A stretch of 24,000 nucleotides of DNA from Candidatus Omnitrophota bacterium. GTDB taxonomy: Bacteria; Omnitrophota; Gorgyraeia; Velamenicoccales; Velamenicoccaceae. The notes under the pieces are model-generated. The model was not told the origin of the DNA, ran no database searches, and saw only the letters and a program-made list of their open reading frames with translations. Of this stretch, positions 13,007-20,894 are shown in pieces. Within the stretch, counting starts at the first letter, position 1. Each line of letters starts with the position of its first letter. The position numbers and the translations under genes were made by a program. The stretch is taken from contig JACRLT010000042.1 in assembly GCA_016235185.1 (NCBI GenBank), forward strand, positions 37,917 through 61,916, written 5' to 3'.

Positions 13007-16000
13007 CTAAACTCCCGGCCTTGCTTTACCGAAAGATTTAAAAATCTCTTCCATCTGGTCATAATCCAATTCTTCTTTTTCAAGAAGTGACTGCGCGAAT
13101 TTATCAAGCAGCGCTCTTTCCTGCGAAAGTATCTTTTCAACGTCGCTGCGGCATTCGCCGATGATCTTTTGCACGTCGCTATCAAGTTTTGCCTTCATCT
13201 CTTCAGACATCCTAGATTCAGCCGGTTGGTTGCCGAAAGCAAGGGCTGAAAAGTTTCCGCTCATCCCGCTTTCACCCATGCCCCACTCATAAACCATGCT
13301 ATAGGCGACCCGCATGACATTTTTTAGATCTGCGGATACGCCTGCGGTTGTATAGCCATATTTTGTTTTTTCTGCCACATACCCTCCGAGAGATGTCTTG
13401 ATATTTGCCAGCGCCTGTTTTTGGTCAAATGCCAGGGTCTCCTCTGTGGCATGAGACCAGCTTACCCCTGCTGAGCTCTTGCGCGGAATAATACTCACCT
13501 TGAAAACATCTCTTTTGGGCTGAAGCAAATAAGTCATAATAGCGTGCCCTGCCTCATGATACGCCGTGGCTTCTTTTTCCTGACGCGACAACTGGACACG
13601 CTGCCGTAATCCCAGCTCAATACGCTCCATTGCCTCGCTTATTTCATCCATTGTAATAAAGTCTTTTTTATTCCTCACCACAAGTATGGCTGCCTCGTGG
13701 ACCATATTGGCTATATCCGCCGGAGAATAACCAACACTGATACGCGCAAGTTTATCTGTACGCACTGAATTTTTATCATAGCTGACATTGGAAAGGTAAT
13801 ATTCAAAAAGCTTTTGCCTATCTTCCAGATTGGGAAGATAGATATATAATTTACGGTCAAAACGGCCCGGGCGCAAAAGAGCCGGGTCAAAATGATCTTC
13901 GGGCATATTAGTCGCGCCAACCACCACAATATTAAACTCCGCATCTTTTTCCTTAAGGCCGTCCATCTCTACTAGAAATTGATTGAGGGTCTGATTATGC
14001 TCTCTCTGCCCTCCGAGACCCATATCAACGGCGCGCCTGGCTCCAAGTGCGTCAATTTCATCAATAAATAAAATACATCCGCCGTGAATCTGGGCCAATT
14101 CTTTAGCTTCTATGAACATACGCCGTATGCGCATAGCGCCCACTCCAACAAACATCTCAACAAATTCTGAGCCGGATTTATACAAAAACGGCAGATTAAA
14201 CTCTGTGGCCATAGCGCTGCCCAGATATGTCTTGCCGCAGCCAGGAGGCCCGAACATGAGAAGTCCCTTGATAATTTTTCCTCCGACTCTCTGCAAGCGA
14301 GCCCTGTCCTTTATCAATTCCACTACCTCACGCGCTTCCTGCTTTGTTTCATCCATGCCTATAACATCATCCCAAGTAACGCCTGTTTTTATGATGCGGG
14401 CTTCCTGGACCATTACAGCTTCTCTTGCAGGCCGCTCTTTATCGGATTCCTTAAAAATCTGCTCAATCTCATCATAATTAAGCTCTTCTTTTTCCTCTAA
14501 TTCCTTCGCCAGCTTTTCAACTATTTTCCACTCCTGTCTTAAAAGAGTATTGATCTGCCGATAACAGTGCTCGATCATCTCCTGGGCATCTTTGTCCAAA
14601 TCCTCCTGAATTAGATTAGACACGCCTGCACCTTCAAAATTGCCTATGTGTCCTGACTTACCCATCCCCCAGCGCCATACCATATTATGAGCAAGCTCCG
14701 TCGCTTTACGCAAGTCGCTTTCAGCCACATTTGAGGTCACGCCGAATTTTATCTTTTCAGAGACAAAACCTGCCAGTGATATTTTTATATCCGCCTGGAC
14801 CAGGTTTTTATCGCGGCTTAAAACCTCCTCTTTTTCAGTCAAAAGAGAAGATACAATATCTTTACCCCTGGGAATGATAGTTGCTTTAAAAACATCTTTG
14901 GTCGGAACCAACAGATATGTAACCAGGATATGGCCTGCCTCATAAAAAGAAAGCCGCGCCTTCTCTTCCTGCGTCATTCTAAAATGGCGCTTTATACCTA
15001 GCGATATCCTTTCGCGGGCCTCTTTCATTTCTTTCATAGTAATAGCAGGTTTTTTATTGCGCTGCGTTATAACCAGTGCCTCCTGAACCATATTCGCTAT
15101 TTCCGCAGGAGAAGCGCCTACGGTAATACGCGCCAAGCTCTCAATATCTGCTGAGTTTTTATCATAAGAAGTCTTTCCCAAATAATACTCAAAAAGTTTT
15201 TTGCGGTCATACGCATCAGGCAAGTCTACCACTATCTTGCGGTCAAACCTACCGGGGCGAAGAAAGGCCGGATCGAGAAATTTTTCTGACATGTTGGTAG
15301 CGCCAAATACTACTATATTATCGGCCTTACTTCTTAAGCCGTCCATTTCAACAAGCAATTGGTTTAAGGTGGTGTTGTGTTCTGTCGTGCCGCCAAAACC
15401 TTCAAACGTTCCCCTTGACATACCCATCGCATCAATCTCATCGATAAAGATAACGCACCCGCCTTCCAGGGCAGCTAATTCTCTGGCTTGCTTAAACAAC
15501 TTGCGTACCCGGCTGGCGCCGACTCCGACGAACACCTCTACAAATTCAGAACCCGACAACGATAAAAACGGAAGCTTGGTCTCGGTGGCTATAGCTTTGA
15601 CGAGATAAGTCTTACCGCAACCCGGAGGGCCCAATAATAATACTCCTTTTAATATTTTTGAGCCGCTTTTTTCAAGCTCTACCCTGTCTGTTATAAGCTG
15701 CACAACCTCTCTTGCCTCTTTCTTCGACTCCTCCATCCCGATGACATCTTCCCAGCGCACACCGATATCTGCGCCTCTGATATAAGACTTGCCTATTCGA
15801 GTAAAAGCCCTGGCTGCATCGCCGCGCATAATAAACACCCACATCAATCCAAAAATTACCGATTGAATAACCGCAAAATAAAGCTGGAACGGAAACCCCC
15901 CTATCGTACGCTGCTTAGTCACAAAATCTACACTGGACCACTCCGAAATTCCACGATAAAGAAGGATACCCACCGAGATAACCATAACTAAAGACACAAC

Positions 16001-16060
16001 AACCATAATTATTTTGATCCAGTGCAATTTGAAAAATATTTTCATTCTTTTGTTATCCAT
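13007..16060 (-). CDS. Tandem-duplicated FtsH-like AAA+ metalloprotease: 2 TM helices, then [AAA+ and M41-like] twice
   Basis: Walker A GPPGCGKT is at aa 144-151 and 604-611. Walker B IFIDEID is at aa 204-210 and 664-670. Pore loops are FVEVFVGVGA and FVEMFVGVGA. The SRH LRPGRFDRK occurs twice. The protease motif is YEAGH at aa 373-377 (nt 14930-14944) and HEAGH at aa 835-839 (nt 13544-13558). AAGGAG RBS. Confidence 0.9.
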   Translation of the reverse strand: MDNKRMKIFFKLHWIKIIMVVVSLVMVISVGILLYRGISEWSSVDFVTKQRTIGGFPFQLYFAVIQSVIFGLMWVFIMRGDAARAFTRIGKSYIRGADIGVRWEDVIGMEESKKEAREVVQLITDRVELEKSGSKILKGVLLLGPPGCGKTYLVKAIATETKLPFLSLSGSEFVEVFVGVGASRVRKLFKQARELAALEGGCVIFIDEIDAMGMSRGTFEGFGGTTEHNTTLNQLLVEMDGLRSKADNIVVFGATNMSEKFLDPAFLRPGRFDRKIVVDLPDAYDRKKLFEYYLGKTSYDKNSADIESLARITVGASPAEIANMVQEALVITQRNKKPAITMKEMKEARERISLGIKRHFRMTQEEKARLSFYEAGHILVTYLLVPTKDVFKATIIPRGKDIVSSLLTEKEEVLSRDKNLVQADIKISLAGFVSEKIKFGVTSNVAESDLRKATELAHNMVWRWGMGKSGHIGNFEGAGVSNLIQEDLDKDAQEMIEHCYRQINTLLRQEWKIVEKLAKELEEKEELNYDEIEQIFKESDKERPAREAVMVQEARIIKTGVTWDDVIGMDETKQEAREVVELIKDRARLQRVGGKIIKGLLMFGPPGCGKTYLGSAMATEFNLPFLYKSGSEFVEMFVGVGAMRIRRMFIEAKELAQIHGGCILFIDEIDALGARRAVDMGLGGQREHNQTLNQFLVEMDGLKEKDAEFNIVVVGATNMPEDHFDPALLRPGRFDRKLYIYLPNLEDRQKLFEYYLSNVSYDKNSVRTDKLARISVGYSPADIANMVHEAAILVVRNKKDFITMDEISEAMERIELGLRQRVQLSRQEKEATAYHEAGHAIMTYLLQPKRDVFKVSIIPRKSSAGVSWSHATEETLAFDQKQALANIKTSLGGYVAEKTKYGYTTAGVSADLKNVMRVAYSMVYEWGMGESGMSGNFSALAFGNQPAESRMSEEMKAKLDSDVQKIIGECRSDVEKILSQERALLDKFAQSLLEKEELDYDQMEEIFKSFGKARPGV

Positions 16061-16075
16061 ACGTCAAGCTCCTTA

Positions 16076-16528
16076 TCACTTGTTCTTAAGCATTCTCTTC
16101 ATTGCCAAATTCGCTTCTCGGCGTCTTATATCTTGGCGCCTATCATATGTTTTTTTACCCTTGGCTAAAGATAGGGCCACCTTAACAAAACCTCTCGCGT
16201 TAAAATACATCTTCATCGGCACAAGCGTAAAACCACGCTGAGAAACCTTGCCTATTAATTTTTTTATCTGTGCGTGATGCAAGAGAAGACGCCTGGGCCT
16301 TGTGGCCTCTTCCTTAAAATAGCTGGCCTTTTCGTATGGGGTTATATGGCAGTTATGTAGATATATTTCGTTGCCTTCAATGCGGGCAAAGGCATCGTCG
16401 ATATTTGCCTTGTGGTCCCTAAGCGACTTGACTTCACTGCCCTTTAGCTCAAGACCGCACTCCAGGGTCTCTAAAACCTCATAATCCCTGAACAATTTGC
16501 GGTTTGTGGCTATGACCTTTTCGTCCAT
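16076..16528 (-). CDS. smpB: SsrA-binding protein SmpB
   Basis: IATNRKLFRDYEVLETLECGLELKGSEVKSLR...LHNCHITPYE...RPRRLLLH..EI.KL...KGFTLVPMKMYF..G.VKV.L.LAKGKK.YDRR. Confidence 0.95.
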   Translation of the reverse strand: MDEKVIATNRKLFRDYEVLETLECGLELKGSEVKSLRDHKANIDDAFARIEGNEIYLHNCHITPYEKASYFKEEATRPRRLLLHHAQIKKLIGKVSQRGFTLVPMKMYFNARGFVKVALSLAKGKKTYDRRQDIRRREANLAMKRMLKNK

Positions 16529-16542
16529 AAATTATATCATAT

Positions 16543-17511
16543 TTAAAATGATTTTCCAGCCAGCGCCCAGTAAATGGCCAGGAATAACGGGATGGTCAAA
16601 ATGCTCAAAATGTGGCCGTAAAAGACGGCCTGATTTATCAGCCGGCCTGCCTGGTTATGGTTTTTTGTTATCACAGACAAAAGCGCTGCCGGCGGCATGG
16701 CAGCCTGCAGGAGGATCAAAAGCCCTACAAGAGGTTTAGGTTTGGCAAGGATGACAAACCCCAAAAAAAGCAAAGGTATAATAACAAGCTTTATCGAAAG
16801 CGAAAAACTGACAGGTTTTATATCCGTGCCGCCTTGTGTCTTTAACGACGCTAAATTGCCTCCGACAACAAGAATAGACAAAGGAATGGCGCAACGGCCC
16901 AGGATATCAACAGGCCGCGCAACAAACTGCGGCAGGATCGTTTTGATATTAAAAAATACGAATGCCAAAGCCAATAGCGTTGCAATGACCGGCGCGTTGA
17001 ACATGTGCCTGTAATCGAACCTCTGTCCTTTTTTAGGCGCCAATATCATGACGCCGAAAGAAAATATCGTCATGTTAAAACCTATCAAAAATAAGAATAT
17101 TAGAATAAACATCTCTTGCGCTGCCGCGGCAGGCAGCAAAGCCGCAACCAAAGGCAGGGGCAGGTAACCGGAATTCTGGAACGAAGTTATACCCAAAAAC
17201 TCCCCGGCGTTCTTTGCCAGTGTCTTATCAACTGCCAAAACAAGCGCCCCGCATGCATAGCCGACAAGGGTGATGAATATGCTGTAAAGCGGGAATATCC
17301 ACCAATCAGGATAAATGCTGAAACTGAAGCGCTCGACTATCTGGGAAAACATAAAACACGGCAAGAAAAGCCCGATGACAAGATCGCTTAAGACCCTTAC
17401 CCCTTCATCGCGGATGATATTGCGACGGACAATGAAAAATCCTACTGCCCCCAAAAGGACCAGTTCTAAAATAGAACCGAATGTCGTCTTAAACGCATCA
17501 ATAAACATCAT
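16543..17511 (-). CDS. AEC (auxin efflux carrier) family permease
   Basis: 322-aa polytopic membrane protein with an AEC-like pattern at the N-terminus and C-terminal half. ATGA overlap with the thermonuclease stop. Confidence 0.8.
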   Translation of the reverse strand: MMFIDAFKTTFGSILELVLLGAVGFFIVRRNIIRDEGVRVLSDLVIGLFLPCFMFSQIVERFSFSIYPDWWIFPLYSIFITLVGYACGALVLAVDKTLAKNAGEFLGITSFQNSGYLPLPLVAALLPAAAAQEMFILIFLFLIGFNMTIFSFGVMILAPKKGQRFDYRHMFNAPVIATLLALAFVFFNIKTILPQFVARPVDILGRCAIPLSILVVGGNLASLKTQGGTDIKPVSFSLSIKLVIIPLLFLGFVILAKPKPLVGLLILLQAAMPPAALLSVITKNHNQAGRLINQAVFYGHILSILTIPLFLAIYWALAGKSF

Positions 17512-18299
17512 GGAATAACCTCTATCTGCCAGGGGTGTGATACGATGATCTCGGGCTCTCCTTTATACTCTTTGATCAATCCGAATACCTGCGCTTTCTT
17601 GCCTTTATAAAAAGACGCGGGGCTGATGCCTTTGTTTAAAAAAAGCTCGAGGTCGTTTTTAAATATGACCAAGGCCAGGCCATCCATTGACAGGCGCACC
17701 AGCTTCTCCATTGAGCGCGTTTTTTTGATCTCGCCTGTGACGATCTTTCTCTGGCCCACAAAATGCGCGGCATCTTGGGAAGAGATGTCCAGGTCCTGCG
17801 ACCATATGCCACGCCGATTCTCTTTTGCCTCTTTTAAAGCGCTGACAAGCGTATCCACATATTTTACATTCGGCACAAATGTGTAAAGATAAGCCAGGCC
17901 GTTCCTTAATATTTCAGCCTGGGCCAGGACTTCTTTGCCGCCGTCTTTGACGAACAAATAGACTAGCAGCCTTTTGTATTTATCCTGGCGCACGATATCA
18001 AACTCCAGGCGCGCGGCCTTTCCTGATACAAGTTCCTCATTAAAACGCCTTGCCTCCTCTCCAAAAGGTTCAGAGACGTTTTTCCAGCCGCTCGCAGTCT
18101 TTTTGTGCGTCTCGGGAGTATCAATACCTATATAACGCGCCATCTCCCCATTCTTTAACTCAACTGTGTCACCGTCTACAACGGACTTTATCTCAACATT
18201 GCCATAATCAACAGGCGTATTCTTAAAACCGACGGCAAGAACAATGATGAGCGCAGACAGAACTGCAGCAAATATGAATATATACCGGTTTATTTTCAT
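17508..18299 (-). CDS. Secreted thermonuclease (staphylococcal nuclease/SNc homologue) with a C-terminal extension
   Basis: Signal/TM segment, then VVDGDTVEL..GEMARYIGIDTPET...FGEEA..FN...RLEFD...DKY.RLL.Y. Confidence 0.85.
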   Translation of the reverse strand: MKINRYIFIFAAVLSALIIVLAVGFKNTPVDYGNVEIKSVVDGDTVELKNGEMARYIGIDTPETHKKTASGWKNVSEPFGEEARRFNEELVSGKAARLEFDIVRQDKYKRLLVYLFVKDGGKEVLAQAEILRNGLAYLYTFVPNVKYVDTLVSALKEAKENRRGIWSQDLDISSQDAAHFVGQRKIVTGEIKKTRSMEKLVRLSMDGLALVIFKNDLELFLNKGISPASFYKGKKAQVFGLIKEYKGEPEIIVSHPWQIEVIP

Positions 18300-18364
18300 A
18301 GATGATCCGGTGGCGGGGTATCTGGGCTACTTTATCAACTGTTTCCAACAATTGCAGGGAGAGG

Positions 18365-18757
18365 CTATTTTATCAATTGTTGGACTATCTTGACGAAAAC
18401 TTTTTCAGCAGTTGCCACGCGTGGAAAAAGGCCTTTTCTGGCCTTGACCTTTACGCGTATGGCTTCCGGCGTAAGCTGGGTTATCTCAACTTTGACTTTT
18501 GCCTTATCTATAAGGGCTTCCATAGTGCCTTTTGTCGAATCACGATTTGAAATAGCTCCGAGCATATTGCAGGTATCCAGCGCTGCCTTCCAGGCAGCCG
18601 CATATTTGGCATCATATTCGCCCTGGATAGTATCGCGAGTGATCGCATATCCGCCTAAAGCGCCTACGCTGCTGGCTATCAGAAAGAAACAACCGCTCAA
18701 AGATATAAGACAGATAAAAATTACCGCGAACAAACTTATCTTTTTTAAATTCATCAT
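18365..18757 (-). CDS. Hypothetical lipoprotein
   Basis: MMNLKKISLFAVIFICLISLSGC carries a lipobox. AAGAGG precedes ATG 18757/18754. The tracked ORF start at 18793 is less likely. Confidence 0.6.
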   Translation of the reverse strand: MMNLKKISLFAVIFICLISLSGCFFLIASSVGALGGYAITRDTIQGEYDAKYAAAWKAALDTCNMLGAISNRDSTKGTMEALIDKAKVKVEITQLTPEAIRVKVKARKGLFPRVATAEKVFVKIVQQLIK

Positions 18758-18851
18758 TTGACCTCTTAAATGACGGCATACTTTACGGAACAAAGTAAAC
18801 GTAAAGTATACGCCGGAATTTATCCCGCACCCAAAGGGTGTCGGGATCTAT

Positions 18852-18959
18852 TTAGGTAATTGTCCCCTTTTTAGAGAATATCTTATAAAAACAAAAGACG
18901 GCAAGGCCTATAATACCGAGCCATGATATACCTAAAAAAAACCAGCCAAAAAAATTCAT
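18852..18959 (-). CDS. 35-aa single-TM small protein, translationally coupled to the NSS transporter (possible MetS-like small subunit)
   Basis: ATGA overlap with the transporter stop (18956-18959). MNFFGWFFLGISWLGIIGLAVFCFYKIFSKKGTIT*. Below the ORF-track size cutoff; found by hand. Confidence 0.5.
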   Translation of the reverse strand: MNFFGWFFLGISWLGIIGLAVFCFYKIFSKKGTIT

Positions 18960-20527
18960 AGCAGTTTTTTCTCCTCTTCTCTGGCGCGCCTGCGCCAGGC
19001 GATCTTTACCAATACAGCAAGCGCAGTAAATAGCCCAATGAGGCCTATCCTCGTCCAGAAAATATATGGTTTATCCGCATCGGATGCCCCCTTCAAAAAC
19101 AGCACAGGCAAACCCTCCTGGTATATCCAGAAACCCAGGATGGTCAATAAGAAAAGCGGCGTAATGAACTTAATGATAAACTTATATATTTTAGGAACGC
19201 GCATATCAGCGCCGTGATGTATCTCCTCCCACGCGCGATCCATGCCAAATACCCAGGCAAAAAGAATGGTTTCGATCGTCGCAAAAAGCACAAGGCAAAA
19301 CGTGCCTCCCCAAAAATCAAGCTCGTTAACAACGCCCCTGCCCAAAAAGAAAATAGCAGGCTGGCACAAGAAAAAGCTTACCACGCCAAATATCTTGACC
19401 GATCTCTGGCGCGTAATGTCAAACTCATCCTCCAGGAAGGCTATGGCAGGCTGGGCCAACGAAACGCTTGAAGTAATGCCTGCCAAAAACAAAAGCCCAA
19501 ACCATAAAAAACCGAATACAGGGGCCAAGGGAAACTTACCCAAAACAAGAGGCATTGTCACGAACCCTAGGTCAAATGCGCCTTGCTTGGCTATTGCCTG
19601 GATCTCGCCGGGCCCAAAAAAAACAAATGCCGCAGGGATAATAATACAGCCGCCTAATATTACTTCAGCCGCCTCATTGACGCTTGCGGCTGTGAGGCCT
19701 GAAAGCACCACATCATCCCCTTTTTTCAAATAGCTGGCATACGTCAGAATAACGCCGATCCCTACGGAAAGAGTAAAAAGTATCTGACCCGAAGCAGCCA
19801 ACCATACCTTGGCGGACTTAAGCGCGCTAAAATCGGGATTCCATAAAAAACCTAAACCGTTATTTAAGTTCCAATCCGGCCTCGCAGGATCAGGCGTACC
19901 CAATGACAAAACCCTGATAGCCAAGATAATACCGAAGAAGAACAGAACAGGCATCGTAATATTGCAGAGTATCTCAATGCCGCCTTTGATGCCGTGGCGC
20001 AGGACTATCATATTCAAAACAAAAGTTATAAAAAAAAATATATAGGCAGGCCAAAGATCATGGAAAAAAGCATTGCTCTCTAAACCCTGATACCCCTTAA
20101 GGAATGCCTGCATGGAAGGCTGATCCACAACCGCAAACAGGCCTTTAACACTATAGAAACTATATCCTAAAGTCCACGATTCTATAAAAAGATAATATAT
20201 GAATATTACAAGAGGGCCAAAGATACCGATAACGCCGAAGTATTTTATAAAGCGGTTCTTTTTCCATATGCTGTGGAAGATGCCCGGGGCTGTGCCATGC
20301 TCAAAACCTCCGCCAAAACGGCCCAGGGTCCATTCTATCCACATAAGCGGTATCCCCAATAACAACAAGGAGATAAAATAAGGTATCATGAACGCGCCGC
20401 CGCCATTGCCTGCTGCCTGGACAGGAAACCTTAAAAAATTACCGAGCCCTACGGCAGAGCCTGCGACAGCAAGGATGATGCCGAGCCTGGAACCCCACGT
20501 ATCACGCTTATGTTTTAGCTGTCTCAT
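18956..20527 (-). CDS. Sodium-dependent transporter, NSS/SNF family
   Basis: WGSRLGIILAVAGSAVGLGNFLRFPVQAAGNGGGAFMIPYFISLLLLGIPLMWIEWTLGR is the hallmark NSS TM1 region. 523 aa. Confidence 0.93.
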   Translation of the reverse strand: MRQLKHKRDTWGSRLGIILAVAGSAVGLGNFLRFPVQAAGNGGGAFMIPYFISLLLLGIPLMWIEWTLGRFGGGFEHGTAPGIFHSIWKKNRFIKYFGVIGIFGPLVIFIYYLFIESWTLGYSFYSVKGLFAVVDQPSMQAFLKGYQGLESNAFFHDLWPAYIFFFITFVLNMIVLRHGIKGGIEILCNITMPVLFFFGIILAIRVLSLGTPDPARPDWNLNNGLGFLWNPDFSALKSAKVWLAASGQILFTLSVGIGVILTYASYLKKGDDVVLSGLTAASVNEAAEVILGGCIIIPAAFVFFGPGEIQAIAKQGAFDLGFVTMPLVLGKFPLAPVFGFLWFGLLFLAGITSSVSLAQPAIAFLEDEFDITRQRSVKIFGVVSFFLCQPAIFFLGRGVVNELDFWGGTFCLVLFATIETILFAWVFGMDRAWEEIHHGADMRVPKIYKFIIKFITPLFLLTILGFWIYQEGLPVLFLKGASDADKPYIFWTRIGLIGLFTALAVLVKIAWRRRAREEEKKLL

Positions 20528-20580
20528 ATGCTGGTATCCGCCGAAGGCGGATTTCGCTGGATCGTTACATAGATGTGCTT

Positions 20581-20609
20581 ATTATATACGGCGGGCTTTT
20601 ACTTTTCAA
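20581..20609 (-). promoter_or_regulatory. Consensus sigma70-type promoter for the NSS transporter operon
   Basis: Minus strand: TTGAAA (20609-20604), a 17-nt spacer, then TATAAT (20586-20581), about 55 nt upstream of ATG 20527. The leader contains hairpin ATCCGCC-TTC-GGCGGAT. Confidence 0.6.
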
Positions 20610-20699
20610 CTTTTTAATGCGCAGACACTTTATGGAACATTAGTGAACATAAAGTGTAGGCCTCGCCTGCCTCCGGCAGGCAGGGCAGTCTGCGAATTA

Positions 20700-20748
20700 C
20701 CCCCACTGATTCGTTTTGCATTCGCAAAGCGAATCAAAACGGTGGGGG
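20700..20748 (+). repeat. 49-nt CCCCCAC...GTGGGGG three-helix hairpin module, variant copy
   Basis: It differs from the copies at 1013-1061 and 22165-22213 at 3 positions. Two of them (module positions 21 and 35) are a compensatory T:A to A:T swap. Confidence 0.75.
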
Positions 20749-20774
20749 TAAATTCCGCCCAATAACTTACGTCG

Positions 20775-20870
20775 TAAATGGAGCCCGGTGTTCCTTTGGC
20801 GGAATACTTGAAGCGGCCGCAACCATACGCAGCCTAAAGGGCACGGTTTTAGGCCACGAAAGTATAAGTG
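20775..20870 (+). repeat. Leader repeat, family 2, copy Y (short form)
   Basis: TAAATGGAGCCCGG...TTTGGCGGAATACTTGAAGCGGCCGCAACCATACGCAGCCTAAAGGGCACGGTTTTAGGCCACGAAAGTATAAGTGG, directly upstream of the DedA/YqaA-like gene. It aligns with the reverse complement of 6817-6950. Confidence 0.7.
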
Positions 20871-20894
20871 GATTGTGGATATTTTCTTGTTATA

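Noticed and set aside
12082-13185. The tracked 367-aa version of the lipoprotein ORF, starting at 13185.
   Set aside because: The first 61 codons overlap the 3' end of the FtsH-like gene in another frame and encode a basic non-signal sequence. ATG 13002 has a GGGAG RBS and gives a proper lipoprotein signal peptide.
14112-15608. Two similar plus-strand ORFs, 14112..14477 and 15201..15608, sharing ...APTPTN.STNSEPD..KNG.L.SVAIAL...
   Set aside because: Their similarity is only the antisense shadow of the duplicated AAA+ modules of the tandem FtsH gene on the minus strand. It is not an independent repeated gene.
6817-20870. Family-2 copies X and Y as terminal inverted repeats of a 14-kb composite transposon or island.
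   Set aside because: The interval holds housekeeping genes (hemW, eda, smpB, ssrA, ftsH-like). No transposase, integrase or target-site duplication was seen. Each copy is oriented toward its adjacent gene start, which fits a leader element better.
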